A stretch of DNA of 14,251 nucleotides from Verrucomicrobiota bacterium (GCA_038214755.1 JBBQRQ010000120.1:1-14251), one strand, 5' to 3'; shown: positions 1 to 7,367, counted from the first letter of the stretch. Numbers and translations are program-made. Notes: a model not told the origin generated them from the sequence alone.

Positions 1-82
1 CACTCCAAGACGCTATCGCGCTGTTTAGGCCTCCTCGAAATTCGCGTGAGCGTCTTGGAGTGCGGTGGCCCTCCACCGCTTT
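1..82. repeat. REP-like palindromic element (GGAG class), truncated by the window edge
   Basis: The perfect 14-bp inverted repeat cactccaagacgct (1-14) / agcgtcttggagtg (49-62) runs into the hairpin gcggtgg-ccct-ccaccgc (62-79). Confidence 0.8.
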
Positions 83-130
83 CAGGGGGACAACCGACTC
101 CTATTCCACTGAAAATGTCGAAGAGTCATG

Positions 131-208
131 TTCAGTGTTGAGTGTTGAGTGTTGGATGTGGGTTCCATTTTTACCCATCGAACTTCCAACCTCGAACGCA
201 ACATTGAA
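131..208. repeat. Heptamer tandem repeat (agtgttg x3) with a degenerate inverted partner
   Basis: agtgttg occurs three times at 134-154. ttcagtgttg (131-140) matches the reverse complement of caacattgaa (199-208) at 9/10. Confidence 0.65.
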
Positions 209-259
209 TAGGTTTGTTCGCACCCGCCGGAGGCAGATGCTACCCCGCCCCGGTTGCAA

Positions 260-1846
260 ATGTCTTTGCGTCTGGCACGTTGTCGCGTTCTGAAAATAAA
301 TTTATTACAAAAGCGACTCGTTCTTGGCGCGCTGGTTTTGAGCGCGATGCTTGTCGCGAAAGCCACCGACCTCGATACCATCGGTGCCACTCTTCTTCGC
401 GCAACCGATGCGACGCTGCTCGGTGATGGCATCAAGGTCGCGCACCCCGAAGCCTCCTATCTCGTCGAGGGCGCATGGGAGGTCAACCCGTCAATCGTCG
501 GACAGCCGGTCAGTCTGTTCACTTATCTTTCCAGTGACGGAAGTTCTTCGACTTATCCAAACGGATTGGGCGTTCAATCCGATCATGCGGATTCGGTCGC
601 GGGAAATTTTTACGGGGGCGGTTCAGGAGTTTCACCGCAGGTGGCGCACGTCGATAATTACGAGGGGAATTATTTTTATGAATCAAATATTCTCACCGGC
701 CTGCCCATTCAGGCAAAAATTGTGAACCAAAGTTTTATCTTTGGAACCAATCCGCCGCAGCAAATTCTCGACACGCAATACGACAATTATGCGGCGCAAC
801 ATAATGTTCTGTTTGTTTCTGGCGCAGGGAACAGCGGCCCGCCCAGCGCGCCCGCCACGGCTTACAACGGGATTGGGGTTGGAGCGTATGGCGGCGATTC
901 GAGCGTGGGTCCAACGACTGACAATGGACGCTCCAAACCGGACATCACCGTGCCTGCCGGCGTGACAAGTTTTTCCACTCCGTATGTCGCAGGCGCGGCC
1001 ACCGTTTTGTTGCAAGCGGCGTTGCGCGGAGATGGAGGCGGACCCAGCACAACGAATGCAGCGGCGGATATTCGCACACTTAAAGCTCTTCTGTTGAATG
1101 GAGCGATCAAGCCGACCAACTGGACCCACACCAGCACCGCTCCATTAGATGTCCGCTACGGAGCAGGCATTTTGAATTTGTTCAATTCCTACAAACAATT
1201 GGCGGCGGGAAAATATACTTTCACCGAATCAACTGCGCCGAGCGTGGGCGGCGCCCATCCACCCGGCGGCGGCGCTGGGAACGTCGCTTCGTTGATTGGT
1301 TGGGACAATGCTTCAATAGCCGGCACGGTTTTAGCGGACAAAGTGAATCACTATTATTTTACTCTGCCCGTCGCATCGGCAAAAACTTTCACCTTCACTT
1401 CGACGCTCGTTTGGCTGCGACAGGCGGGCGTAAGCAACGCAAAAAATCTCGATTTATTTCTTTACGATCGGAGCAATAGCAATCTGCTCGCGTCGAGTGT
1501 CAGTACCGTCGATAACGTTGAACATCTTTTTGTGAACGCGCTTCCCGCTGGGCGTTACGATTTGCAAGTGTTCAAAAATGGTGGGCTGGGAGTGACCGGC
1601 AGTGAAACTTATGCGCTGGCCTTCGAGAGTTTTGCTCTGACGTTGAGCATTGCGAAATCAGGGACGAACGTCCTCCTTTCCTGGCCGCTCGCGCCAACCG
1701 GCTTTCGCCTCGAATCAACTGCGACGCTGGATCAACCAATTTCCTGGAGCACGGTAACCAATGCTCCCGCCCTCACAAATAATCAAAACCGCGTCACGCT
1801 TCCCGCCACCGCGTCCGCGCAATTCTTTCGTCTCGTCCGGCCTTGA
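260..1846 (+). CDS. Secreted S8 family serine peptidase with a putative Glu-His-Ser triad, a beta-sandwich C-domain and a C-terminal FFRL domain
   Basis: Signal-like segment KRLVLGALVLSAMLVAKA. Subtilase motifs GDGIKVAHPE, SDHADSVAG, SGAGNSG (oxyanion Asn), GRSKPDITVP and TSFSTPYVAGAA. LVW..NLDL..DNVEH..GRYDLQV resembles the C-domain of KP-43-type subtilases. ATG at 260; the exact start is uncertain. Confidence 0.85.
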   Translation: MSLRLARCRVLKINLLQKRLVLGALVLSAMLVAKATDLDTIGATLLRATDATLLGDGIKVAHPEASYLVEGAWEVNPSIVGQPVSLFTYLSSDGSSSTYPNGLGVQSDHADSVAGNFYGGGSGVSPQVAHVDNYEGNYFYESNILTGLPIQAKIVNQSFIFGTNPPQQILDTQYDNYAAQHNVLFVSGAGNSGPPSAPATAYNGIGVGAYGGDSSVGPTTDNGRSKPDITVPAGVTSFSTPYVAGAATVLLQAALRGDGGGPSTTNAAADIRTLKALLLNGAIKPTNWTHTSTAPLDVRYGAGILNLFNSYKQLAAGKYTFTESTAPSVGGAHPPGGGAGNVASLIGWDNASIAGTVLADKVNHYYFTLPVASAKTFTFTSTLVWLRQAGVSNAKNLDLFLYDRSNSNLLASSVSTVDNVEHLFVNALPAGRYDLQVFKNGGLGVTGSETYALAFESFALTLSIAKSGTNVLLSWPLAPTGFRLESTATLDQPISWSTVTNAPALTNNQNRVTLPATASAQFFRLVRP

Positions 1847-1878
1847 CCGAACATTTTCAGACTGTTACGCGGACAAAA

Positions 1879-1977
1879 TAGTGGGGCAGGCTTCCAGCCT
1901 GTCACAGCGGGCATCTTGCCCGCGAAGATGGTTCTGGGGCTGGAAGCCCCTTGGCAGACAGGATGTCTGCCCCACTA
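1879..1977. repeat. Compound REP/REPIN-like element with four internal palindromes
   Basis: Terminal inverted repeat tagtggggcag (1879-1889) / ctgccccacta (1967-1977). Internal hairpins: caggc-ttcca-gcctg, gcgggca-tct-tgcccgc, ggggc-tggaa-gcccc, ggcagaca-gga-tgtctgcc. Confidence 0.85.
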
Positions 1978-2127
1978 CCCTGGTAGCAGTTATCGAGATG
2001 CGCACCCTTGACCGAACAATTTGTCGCGCAAGCTGTCAATGCCTGTATATTCGCGTTGCATGGGAAAAAGATTTTTACAGAGCGGTTTTCTGAGACTCAT
2101 GTTGGGGGCATGTTGCCCAAACCAAGT

Positions 2128-2223
2128 GGAGCGCGGACAGCGTTGTCCGCGCGTTTCGACACTTACAAATGTCCAAGCATTTTCACCACGTCGGATTCGC
2201 GCGGACATGGCTGTCCGCGCTCC
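2128..2223. repeat. REP doublet (GGAGCGCGGAC family)
   Basis: ggagcgcggaca-gcgt-tgtccgcgc (2128-2152) and an inverted copy gcgcggaca-tggc-tgtccgcgctcc ending at 2223. Confidence 0.85.
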
Positions 2224-2329
2224 TTTTCCTTTGGGCAATCAAAGTAGTGCAGTGCGTCTCGCCTGCGCCGGGAGAAGGGAAATCAAGCCGCTGTCGGCGC
2301 AGGCGAGACGCCGTGCGCTACTTTGTGGG

Positions 2330-3721
2330 GTGCTCGCCCGATGCGCCGTCTTTCTTCTTTTCGCCTTTTGCATTTTGAGATTGAGCGCGGGGACGGCGAC
2401 CCAGCCGCTCGTCTGGCACCAAAAGGAAAAAACTTTTGACGCGGATCTTTCTGGAATCGAACTGCGGGAGTTGCTCAAAAAAATTTCCGCCATCACCGGT
2501 TGGGATGTTTATCTGGAGCCGGGAACTACTTACGCCGCGTCCGCGAAATTCCGGCAACTCCCGCGCAGCGATGCGCTTCGTTTCCTTCTGGGCAATTTAA
2601 ATTTCGAAATTTCTCCGCAAACTAATTTGGTTCCGAAATTATTTGTCTTTCGCACCGCCGCCGGCAAAGCGACTCAGCTGATTCGCGCCGAAAAAAAACC
2701 CCACATTCTCGGAAAAAATAAAGTCATCTTGAATCATTTGATCGTCACCCTCAAAGCCGGTTCCTCCATCAACATCGATGCGCTCGCTCAACAACTCGGC
2801 GGAAAAATCATCGGCAAGTTGCCCGGAGCAGATTCGTATCTGTTGGAATTTCCCGACGAAGCCACCGCGAGCGCCGCGCGAAAACAACTTTCGGACAACA
2901 CGGCCATTGCTTCCATTGATTCCAATTATTCCGTGGATCGCCCGTCGCCCTTCAAAATGGCAGCAGTCGATGGTGCGATGGGTGGTTCGCAATTCGCTCT
3001 CAAGTCCAGCGCCGGCGGCGGCGATGGCAAACAAATTGTCGTCGGTCTTGTCGATACGGCGGTCCAGCCACTCGGCGCGAACATGCAAAGTTTTCTTTTG
3101 CCTGCTCTGTCCGTGGCCGGCGAAGCGACTCCCGGAAATGGCTTTCCCACTCACGGCACGACTATGGCCGAATCCATTTTATTCGGGTTAAACAACACCT
3201 CCGCCCAAGGCCAGCCCACTTCCGTGAAAATTTTGCCAGTGGATATTTATGGAAATAATCCTGAGACGACGACCTTCGACGTGGCTAATGGAATTGTTCA
3301 AGCCGTGAATGGCGGCGCAAATATTCTTTCGTTAAGTCTGGGCGGCGAAGGCGACAGTTCGTTTCTGCGCGCGCTGATCGAGGAAGTTTCAAAAAAAGCT
3401 ATTCCGATTTTTGCCGCCGCTGGGAATCAGCCCGTCACCACTCCAGTTTATCCAGCCGCCTATCCTGAAGTGATCGCAGTGACTTCCGCGCAGGATAAAA
3501 ACGGGACCATTGCCCCTTACGCAAACCGCGGCGATTTCGTGGACATCATTCTGCCTGGCGCAACGATTGTTTCATTCGAGAGCCAACGTTATTACGTGAA
3601 TGGAACTTCCGTTTCCACCGCGCTGGCCAGCGGCATGATGGCCGGTCTGGCAGATTCGAATCATCAAGCGCCCGCCAAACTGATTTCCACGATGAGCAGC
3701 ACGTTCGCTTTCAAACGTTGA
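2330..3721 (+). CDS. Secreted S8 family serine peptidase with an N-terminal STN/secretin-N-like domain and a propeptide-like domain
   Basis: Canonical triad: VGLVDTA (Asp 3053-3055), PTHGTTMA (His 3152-3154), NGTSVSTA (Ser 3608-3610), plus AAAGN and YPAAYPEVIAV. The ORF opens at 2021, but that extension crosses a REP element. In-frame GTG at 2330 gives signal-like MLARCAVFLLFAFCILRLSA; GTG at 2252 is an alternative start. Confidence 0.85.
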   Translation: MLARCAVFLLFAFCILRLSAGTATQPLVWHQKEKTFDADLSGIELRELLKKISAITGWDVYLEPGTTYAASAKFRQLPRSDALRFLLGNLNFEISPQTNLVPKLFVFRTAAGKATQLIRAEKKPHILGKNKVILNHLIVTLKAGSSINIDALAQQLGGKIIGKLPGADSYLLEFPDEATASAARKQLSDNTAIASIDSNYSVDRPSPFKMAAVDGAMGGSQFALKSSAGGGDGKQIVVGLVDTAVQPLGANMQSFLLPALSVAGEATPGNGFPTHGTTMAESILFGLNNTSAQGQPTSVKILPVDIYGNNPETTTFDVANGIVQAVNGGANILSLSLGGEGDSSFLRALIEEVSKKAIPIFAAAGNQPVTTPVYPAAYPEVIAVTSAQDKNGTIAPYANRGDFVDIILPGATIVSFESQRYYVNGTSVSTALASGMMAGLADSNHQAPAKLISTMSSTFAFKR

Positions 3722-3725
3722 TGAC

Positions 3726-3831
3726 GGAGCGCGGACGTTCTTCGTCCGCGTGTCTCTGCTGAAGGAAAAAAGACGCCGCCACTAATTCAAAGGTCTTTTT
3801 CACCCGCGCGGACGAAGAACGTCCGCGCTCC
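3726..3831. repeat. REP doublet (GGAGCGCGGAC family)
   Basis: Perfect 25-bp inverted repeat ggagcgcggacgttcttcgtccgcg (3726-3750 / 3807-3831). Each arm is itself a hairpin. Confidence 0.9.
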
Positions 3832-3838
3832 TTTTTTT
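3805..3838 (+). terminator. Possible intrinsic terminator formed by the right REP arm
   Basis: GC-rich hairpin cgcggacg-aagaa-cgtccgcg is followed closely by T7 (3832-3838), downstream of the second S8 gene. Confidence 0.5.
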
Positions 3839-3901
3839 AAAACGACGGTCCATTTCCGAAAACTGGCTTGCGACAATTTCCTCCTGCACTAACCTGCTTT
3901 C

Positions 3902-4801
3902 ATGTCGTGGTTCACCGACAAAATCTCATTTGTTTTCGCCGTAATTTTTTACGGCATCAGCATGATTTACTCGGTCTTTCTCTGGCGAAAAGGTTTTCGT
4001 CAGGACAATCGCGTGAATTATTTTTTGCTTTTGATTGCGGCAATTTTTCACACCCTGGCCATGTTCAAACGCGGTTTCTCCCTCGAACGGTGTCCGGTCA
4101 ATAATCTTTTCGAAGCCACTATGTTTGTCGGCTGGACGATGGTCGCCGCCTATCTCGTTCTCGGAATTTGGTCGCGACTCCGTTTTCTCGGCGCGTTCGC
4201 TTCGCCCATTTTGTTTGCGCTCGGAATTTTCGCGTTGATGCCGGGACTGGATGTTCATGGACCCAAACCGCAATTCAGTGGCGGCTGGCTCAGTCTGCAC
4301 GTCGCTCTTTTTTCGCTGGCTTACGGCGCATTCGGACTTAGCTCTGTGGCCGGGCTGATGTATTTGACCCAGGAACACGACTTGAAATTTCACAAACTCC
4401 GCGCCGTGATTTCCAAGCTCCCACCGATCCAACGCCTCGAGCTTGCGATGGGCCGCCTGTTATTCAGCGGATTTATTTTGTTGAGCGTCGCGCTCGTCAT
4501 CGGCTTCATTTGGCTCAAGCAAACCTACGGAAATTATTTTCAAAACGATCCAAAAATTCTTTGGTCAATTCTCGTTTGGGTTTTTTGCCTGGGCCTGGTC
4601 CTCCTGCGCTGGAAATTTTCCGGACGCCGTCTCGCCTGGGGGACCATCGGGCTTTTCGTTTTCGTCGCGCTGACTTTTTGGGGATCGAGTTTGATGTCGC
4701 CGATTCATTCGCCGAATCAGCAAACTCAGCGCGGTTCAAAAATTAAAAAAACGTTCGACCAAAAATTCGTCAATCGTCAATCGTCAATCGTCAATCCCTG
4801 A
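3902..4801 (+). CDS. ccsA: Cytochrome c assembly protein family (CcsA/HemX-like) inner membrane protein
   Basis: About 8 hydrophobic segments. Motifs CPVNNLFEA, WLSLHV, LMYLTQEHDLK, LPPIQRLE and the WWD-like NDPKILWS..W. Lies directly upstream of hemA, a common context for this family. Confidence 0.8.
   Translation: MSWFTDKISFVFAVIFYGISMIYSVFLWRKGFRQDNRVNYFLLLIAAIFHTLAMFKRGFSLERCPVNNLFEATMFVGWTMVAAYLVLGIWSRLRFLGAFASPILFALGIFALMPGLDVHGPKPQFSGGWLSLHVALFSLAYGAFGLSSVAGLMYLTQEHDLKFHKLRAVISKLPPIQRLELAMGRLLFSGFILLSVALVIGFIWLKQTYGNYFQNDPKILWSILVWVFCLGLVLLRWKFSGRRLAWGTIGLFVFVALTFWGSSLMSPIHSPNQQTQRGSKIKKTFDQKFVNRQSSIVNP
4767..4796. repeat. Heptamer tandem repeat (tcgtcaa x4)
   Basis: Four perfect copies at 4767-4794, just before the ccsA-like stop and the hemA start. 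Confidence 0.9.
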
Positions 4802-4803
4802 AC

Positions 4804-5865
4804 ATGTCCATTGTCGTCACAGGACTCAGCCACCATTCTTCGCCAGTGACGGTGCGGGAGCGATTTGCTTTTGCCGAGACCGCCATTCCTGACGCTCTAA
4901 AAAAAATTCGGCAAGCGGGGATCGCCGACGAAGCGGTCATTCTCTCCACCTGCAATCGCGTCGAGATTTACGCCTCAACAAATTTAAACCACCGCCAGGC
5001 TGCGACCGCGCTCGAACAATTTCTTTTCGAGCACCACAATTTTCGCGAGCCGCTGAATGGGGAGATTTACACTCTGGCCGAGCCAAAAAGTTTGGAGCAT
5101 CTTTTCAAGGTCGCCGCCGGTCTCGACTCGATGGTGCTGGGCGAAACGGAAATTCTCGGCCAGTTGAAAAAAGCCTACGACCTCGCGCTGCAACACAAAC
5201 ACACCGGCAGCCGATTGAACAAAGCATTTCAACGCGCGTTCCATGTGGCCAAACACATTCGCACCGAAACCAACATTCAGCGCGGCAGTGTTTCCGTGGG
5301 CTCCGTTGCGGTGGAGCTGGCGCAGAAAATTTTTAACTCACTGAGCGATCGGCAGGTGATGGTCATCGGCGCAGGCGAGACGAGCGAAAAAACCGCGCGC
5401 GCCCTTCTTTCCCGTGGCGCGCACAGCATCCTCGTTTCAAATCGCTCGCACGAACGCGCCGTCGCTCTCGCCGCCGAACTGGATGGACGCGCCGTTTATT
5501 TCGACGAATGGGCCAATGAATTTTCCAAAATTGACATCATCATCAGCAGCACCGCCGCGCCGCATTACGTTCTCGACCGCGCCAAACTCGAGCCGCTGAT
5601 GAAGCTCCGCAAAAACCGTTCGCTGCTGCTCATCGACATCGCCGTGCCGCGCGACATCGAACCTGAAGTCAATTTTTTGGATAACGTTTACCTCTACAAC
5701 ATCGACGATCTCCAGGCCATCGCCGACGACTATTTGAAACAACGCCGCGAGGAAATCGTCCATTGCGAAAATATTATTGCCGAAAAAGTGAAAGGGTTGT
5801 TTCCAGTTTCCAAGTCCTCTGAATTTGCCGGCGGCTCAAATTCTCCGGTGGCGTCGTCTCCATGA
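4804..5865 (+). CDS. hemA: Glutamyl-tRNA reductase
   Basis: GLSHHSSPVTVRERFAF, STCNRVEIY (catalytic Cys), GLDSMVLGETEILGQ, NADPH-binding VIGAGE and IDIAVPRDI. Confidence 0.97.
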   Translation: MSIVVTGLSHHSSPVTVRERFAFAETAIPDALKKIRQAGIADEAVILSTCNRVEIYASTNLNHRQAATALEQFLFEHHNFREPLNGEIYTLAEPKSLEHLFKVAAGLDSMVLGETEILGQLKKAYDLALQHKHTGSRLNKAFQRAFHVAKHIRTETNIQRGSVSVGSVAVELAQKIFNSLSDRQVMVIGAGETSEKTARALLSRGAHSILVSNRSHERAVALAAELDGRAVYFDEWANEFSKIDIIISSTAAPHYVLDRAKLEPLMKLRKNRSLLLIDIAVPRDIEPEVNFLDNVYLYNIDDLQAIADDYLKQRREEIVHCENIIAEKVKGLFPVSKSSEFAGGSNSPVASSP

Positions 5866-5887
5866 ACGCGAAGCCGCCATCAAACCT

Positions 5888-5973
5888 CGTAGCCGCCGAC
5901 GTGAGGAGGCGGACTGATTCTTCCGCGAGCAGCGATGCAACCATCAGTCCGCCTCCTCACGTCGGCGGCTACG
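5888..5973. repeat. REPIN-like doublet (GTAG class)
   Basis: Perfect 31-bp inverted repeat cgtagccgccgacgtgaggaggcggactgat (5888-5918 / 5943-5973) between hemA and hemC. Confidence 0.92.
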
Positions 5974-5985
5974 TCCGTGATTAAA

Positions 5986-6963
5986 ATGTCTCCCGAAGCT
6001 TCCATCAAAATCGCGACGCGCGGCAGCGCGCTCGCGCTCGCGCAAGCCAATTTTATTTTAGCCCAATGCCAAAAGCATTTTCCGCAAAATGAATTTGAAT
6101 TGAAAATCATCAAAACCACCGGCGACAAATTGCAATCCGCTTCCCTTTCGCGAATCGACGCCACCTTGCCGCGCGGACTTTTCACCAAAGAAATCGAAGA
6201 CGCGCTGCTCAATGGCGAAGCTGATCTGGCCGTTCACAGTTTGAAGGATTTGCCCACGACTTTGCCGGTCGGTTTGAAACTTGGCGCAGTCGGAAAACGC
6301 GCCGATGCGCGAGACGTGTTGATTTATAAAAAAATCAAAACTCAAAACTTAGAATTGGTTATCGGAGATTTGCCTCGCGGCGCGACCATCGCCACGAGCA
6401 GCCCCCGGCGCAGCGCGCAACTTTTGGAGCGTCGCCCCGATTTCAAAATCGTTCCCATTCGCGGCAACGTCGGCACGCGCTTACAAAAGCTGGCGGAGAG
6501 TTCTGACCTCGACGCGATTGTTTTGGCCGCGGCCGGTCTGGAGCGTTTGGGTTTTCAAATTTTAGAAAATGGAAAACTGGAAAGTCCCTCACGTTTCACG
6601 TTTCCCGCTTCCCTTTTCGCCTCTCCCATTTCCCTCGACGAAATGCTTCCCTGCGTTGGCCAGGCCGCGCTGGGAATTGAAATTCGCGAGAACGATGAGC
6701 GGATCGAAAAAATTTGTGAGAAATTGAATGATCTCGCGACGTGGCATTCCGTCCTCGCAGAAAGAGAATTTCTTCGCGCGATGGGCGGCGGCTGTCAGAG
6801 TCCGGTGGGCGCTTTCGCTGAAGTGACTGACGATGAAGTGCGAATGTGCGTTGTTTCTTTTGCTGGAGCAAAACCACGTCGCGCCGAAGGAAAACGAAAA
6901 GTGACCGAAGCGGCGGAACTTGGGCGGCAGTTGGCAGCGGAGCTACGCACCGCAGGAATTTAA
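5986..6963 (+). CDS. hemC: Hydroxymethylbilane synthase (porphobilinogen deaminase)
   Basis: IATRGSALALAQ, KTTGD, GLFTKEIE, AVHSLKDLP, IRGNVGTRL, GQAALGIE and GGGCQSP (cofactor Cys). Start placed at ATG 5986 because the ORF-track start (5935) lies inside the REP element. Confidence 0.97.
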   Translation: MSPEASIKIATRGSALALAQANFILAQCQKHFPQNEFELKIIKTTGDKLQSASLSRIDATLPRGLFTKEIEDALLNGEADLAVHSLKDLPTTLPVGLKLGAVGKRADARDVLIYKKIKTQNLELVIGDLPRGATIATSSPRRSAQLLERRPDFKIVPIRGNVGTRLQKLAESSDLDAIVLAAAGLERLGFQILENGKLESPSRFTFPASLFASPISLDEMLPCVGQAALGIEIRENDERIEKICEKLNDLATWHSVLAEREFLRAMGGGCQSPVGAFAEVTDDEVRMCVVSFAGAKPRRAEGKRKVTEAAELGRQLAAELRTAGI

Positions 6964-6975
6964 TTTTGTAGTTGA

Positions 6976-6992
6976 ACCGGGGCTGCCCCGGT
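6976..6992. terminator. Short GC-rich hairpin just downstream of hemC
   Basis: accgggg-ctg-ccccggt, a perfect 7-bp stem. There is no adjacent U tract, so the function is uncertain. Confidence 0.3.
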
Positions 6993-7147
6993 CGGGAGAG
7001 AAGAATCCGACAGCAGGAGTCGTTTTGGTTTTGGAAACGTCTGTGGTCGGTGCAGACGCCAACCCGTTTTTTTGCGCAACCGTCAATCGGTCAAATTTTC
7101 CTTCTCCAGTTTCGCGCCTTTGCCGGATGGTTTGCTAATCGTTCGAT

Positions 7148-7363
7148 GCTGTCAGTCTGAGCCGCGTCCGCCCAATTCCAGGTATCCGTGAGCGCGTGAA
7201 CTGCGCCTGACTCGCCTCGCCCGAAGCCTTGCGAAAGAGAACGTTGTAATCCGCGTCGGAATTAAACGGAGGATCGAGATAAACGAGGTCAACGCTCGCG
7301 CAGGAAAAATCTTTTGATCGCGCGCAACTGACCGAGATTGTCGCCGAAGAGGAGGCGGTTCGT
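7148..7363 (-). pseudogene. N-terminal relic of an amino (N6-A/N4-C) DNA methyltransferase
   Basis: Manual minus-strand translation gives TNRLLFGDNLGQLR, then a frameshift, ASVDLVYLDPPFNSDADYNVLFRKASGEASQAQF (DPPF at 7275-7264), a second frameshift, then HALTDTWNWADAAQ. ACG sits where the start would be, and no SAM-binding FxGxG motif follows. Confidence 0.85.
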
Positions 7364-7367
7364 AGGA

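Noticed and set aside
2021..2251. N-terminal extension of the 566-aa ORF
   Set aside because: Translates through a REP doublet and precedes the signal-like segment, so it is probably non-coding.
5880..5985. hemC extension from 5935 and the 110-aa antisense ORF ending PPPHVGGYEV
   Set aside because: Both are translations of the REP palindrome; HemC similarity starts at 5986.
7095..7140. Minus-strand gcaaacc...ggcgcgaaa resembling a c-di-GMP-I riboswitch
   Set aside because: The GNRA-capped stem and the second stem cannot be built, and no downstream gene exists to regulate.
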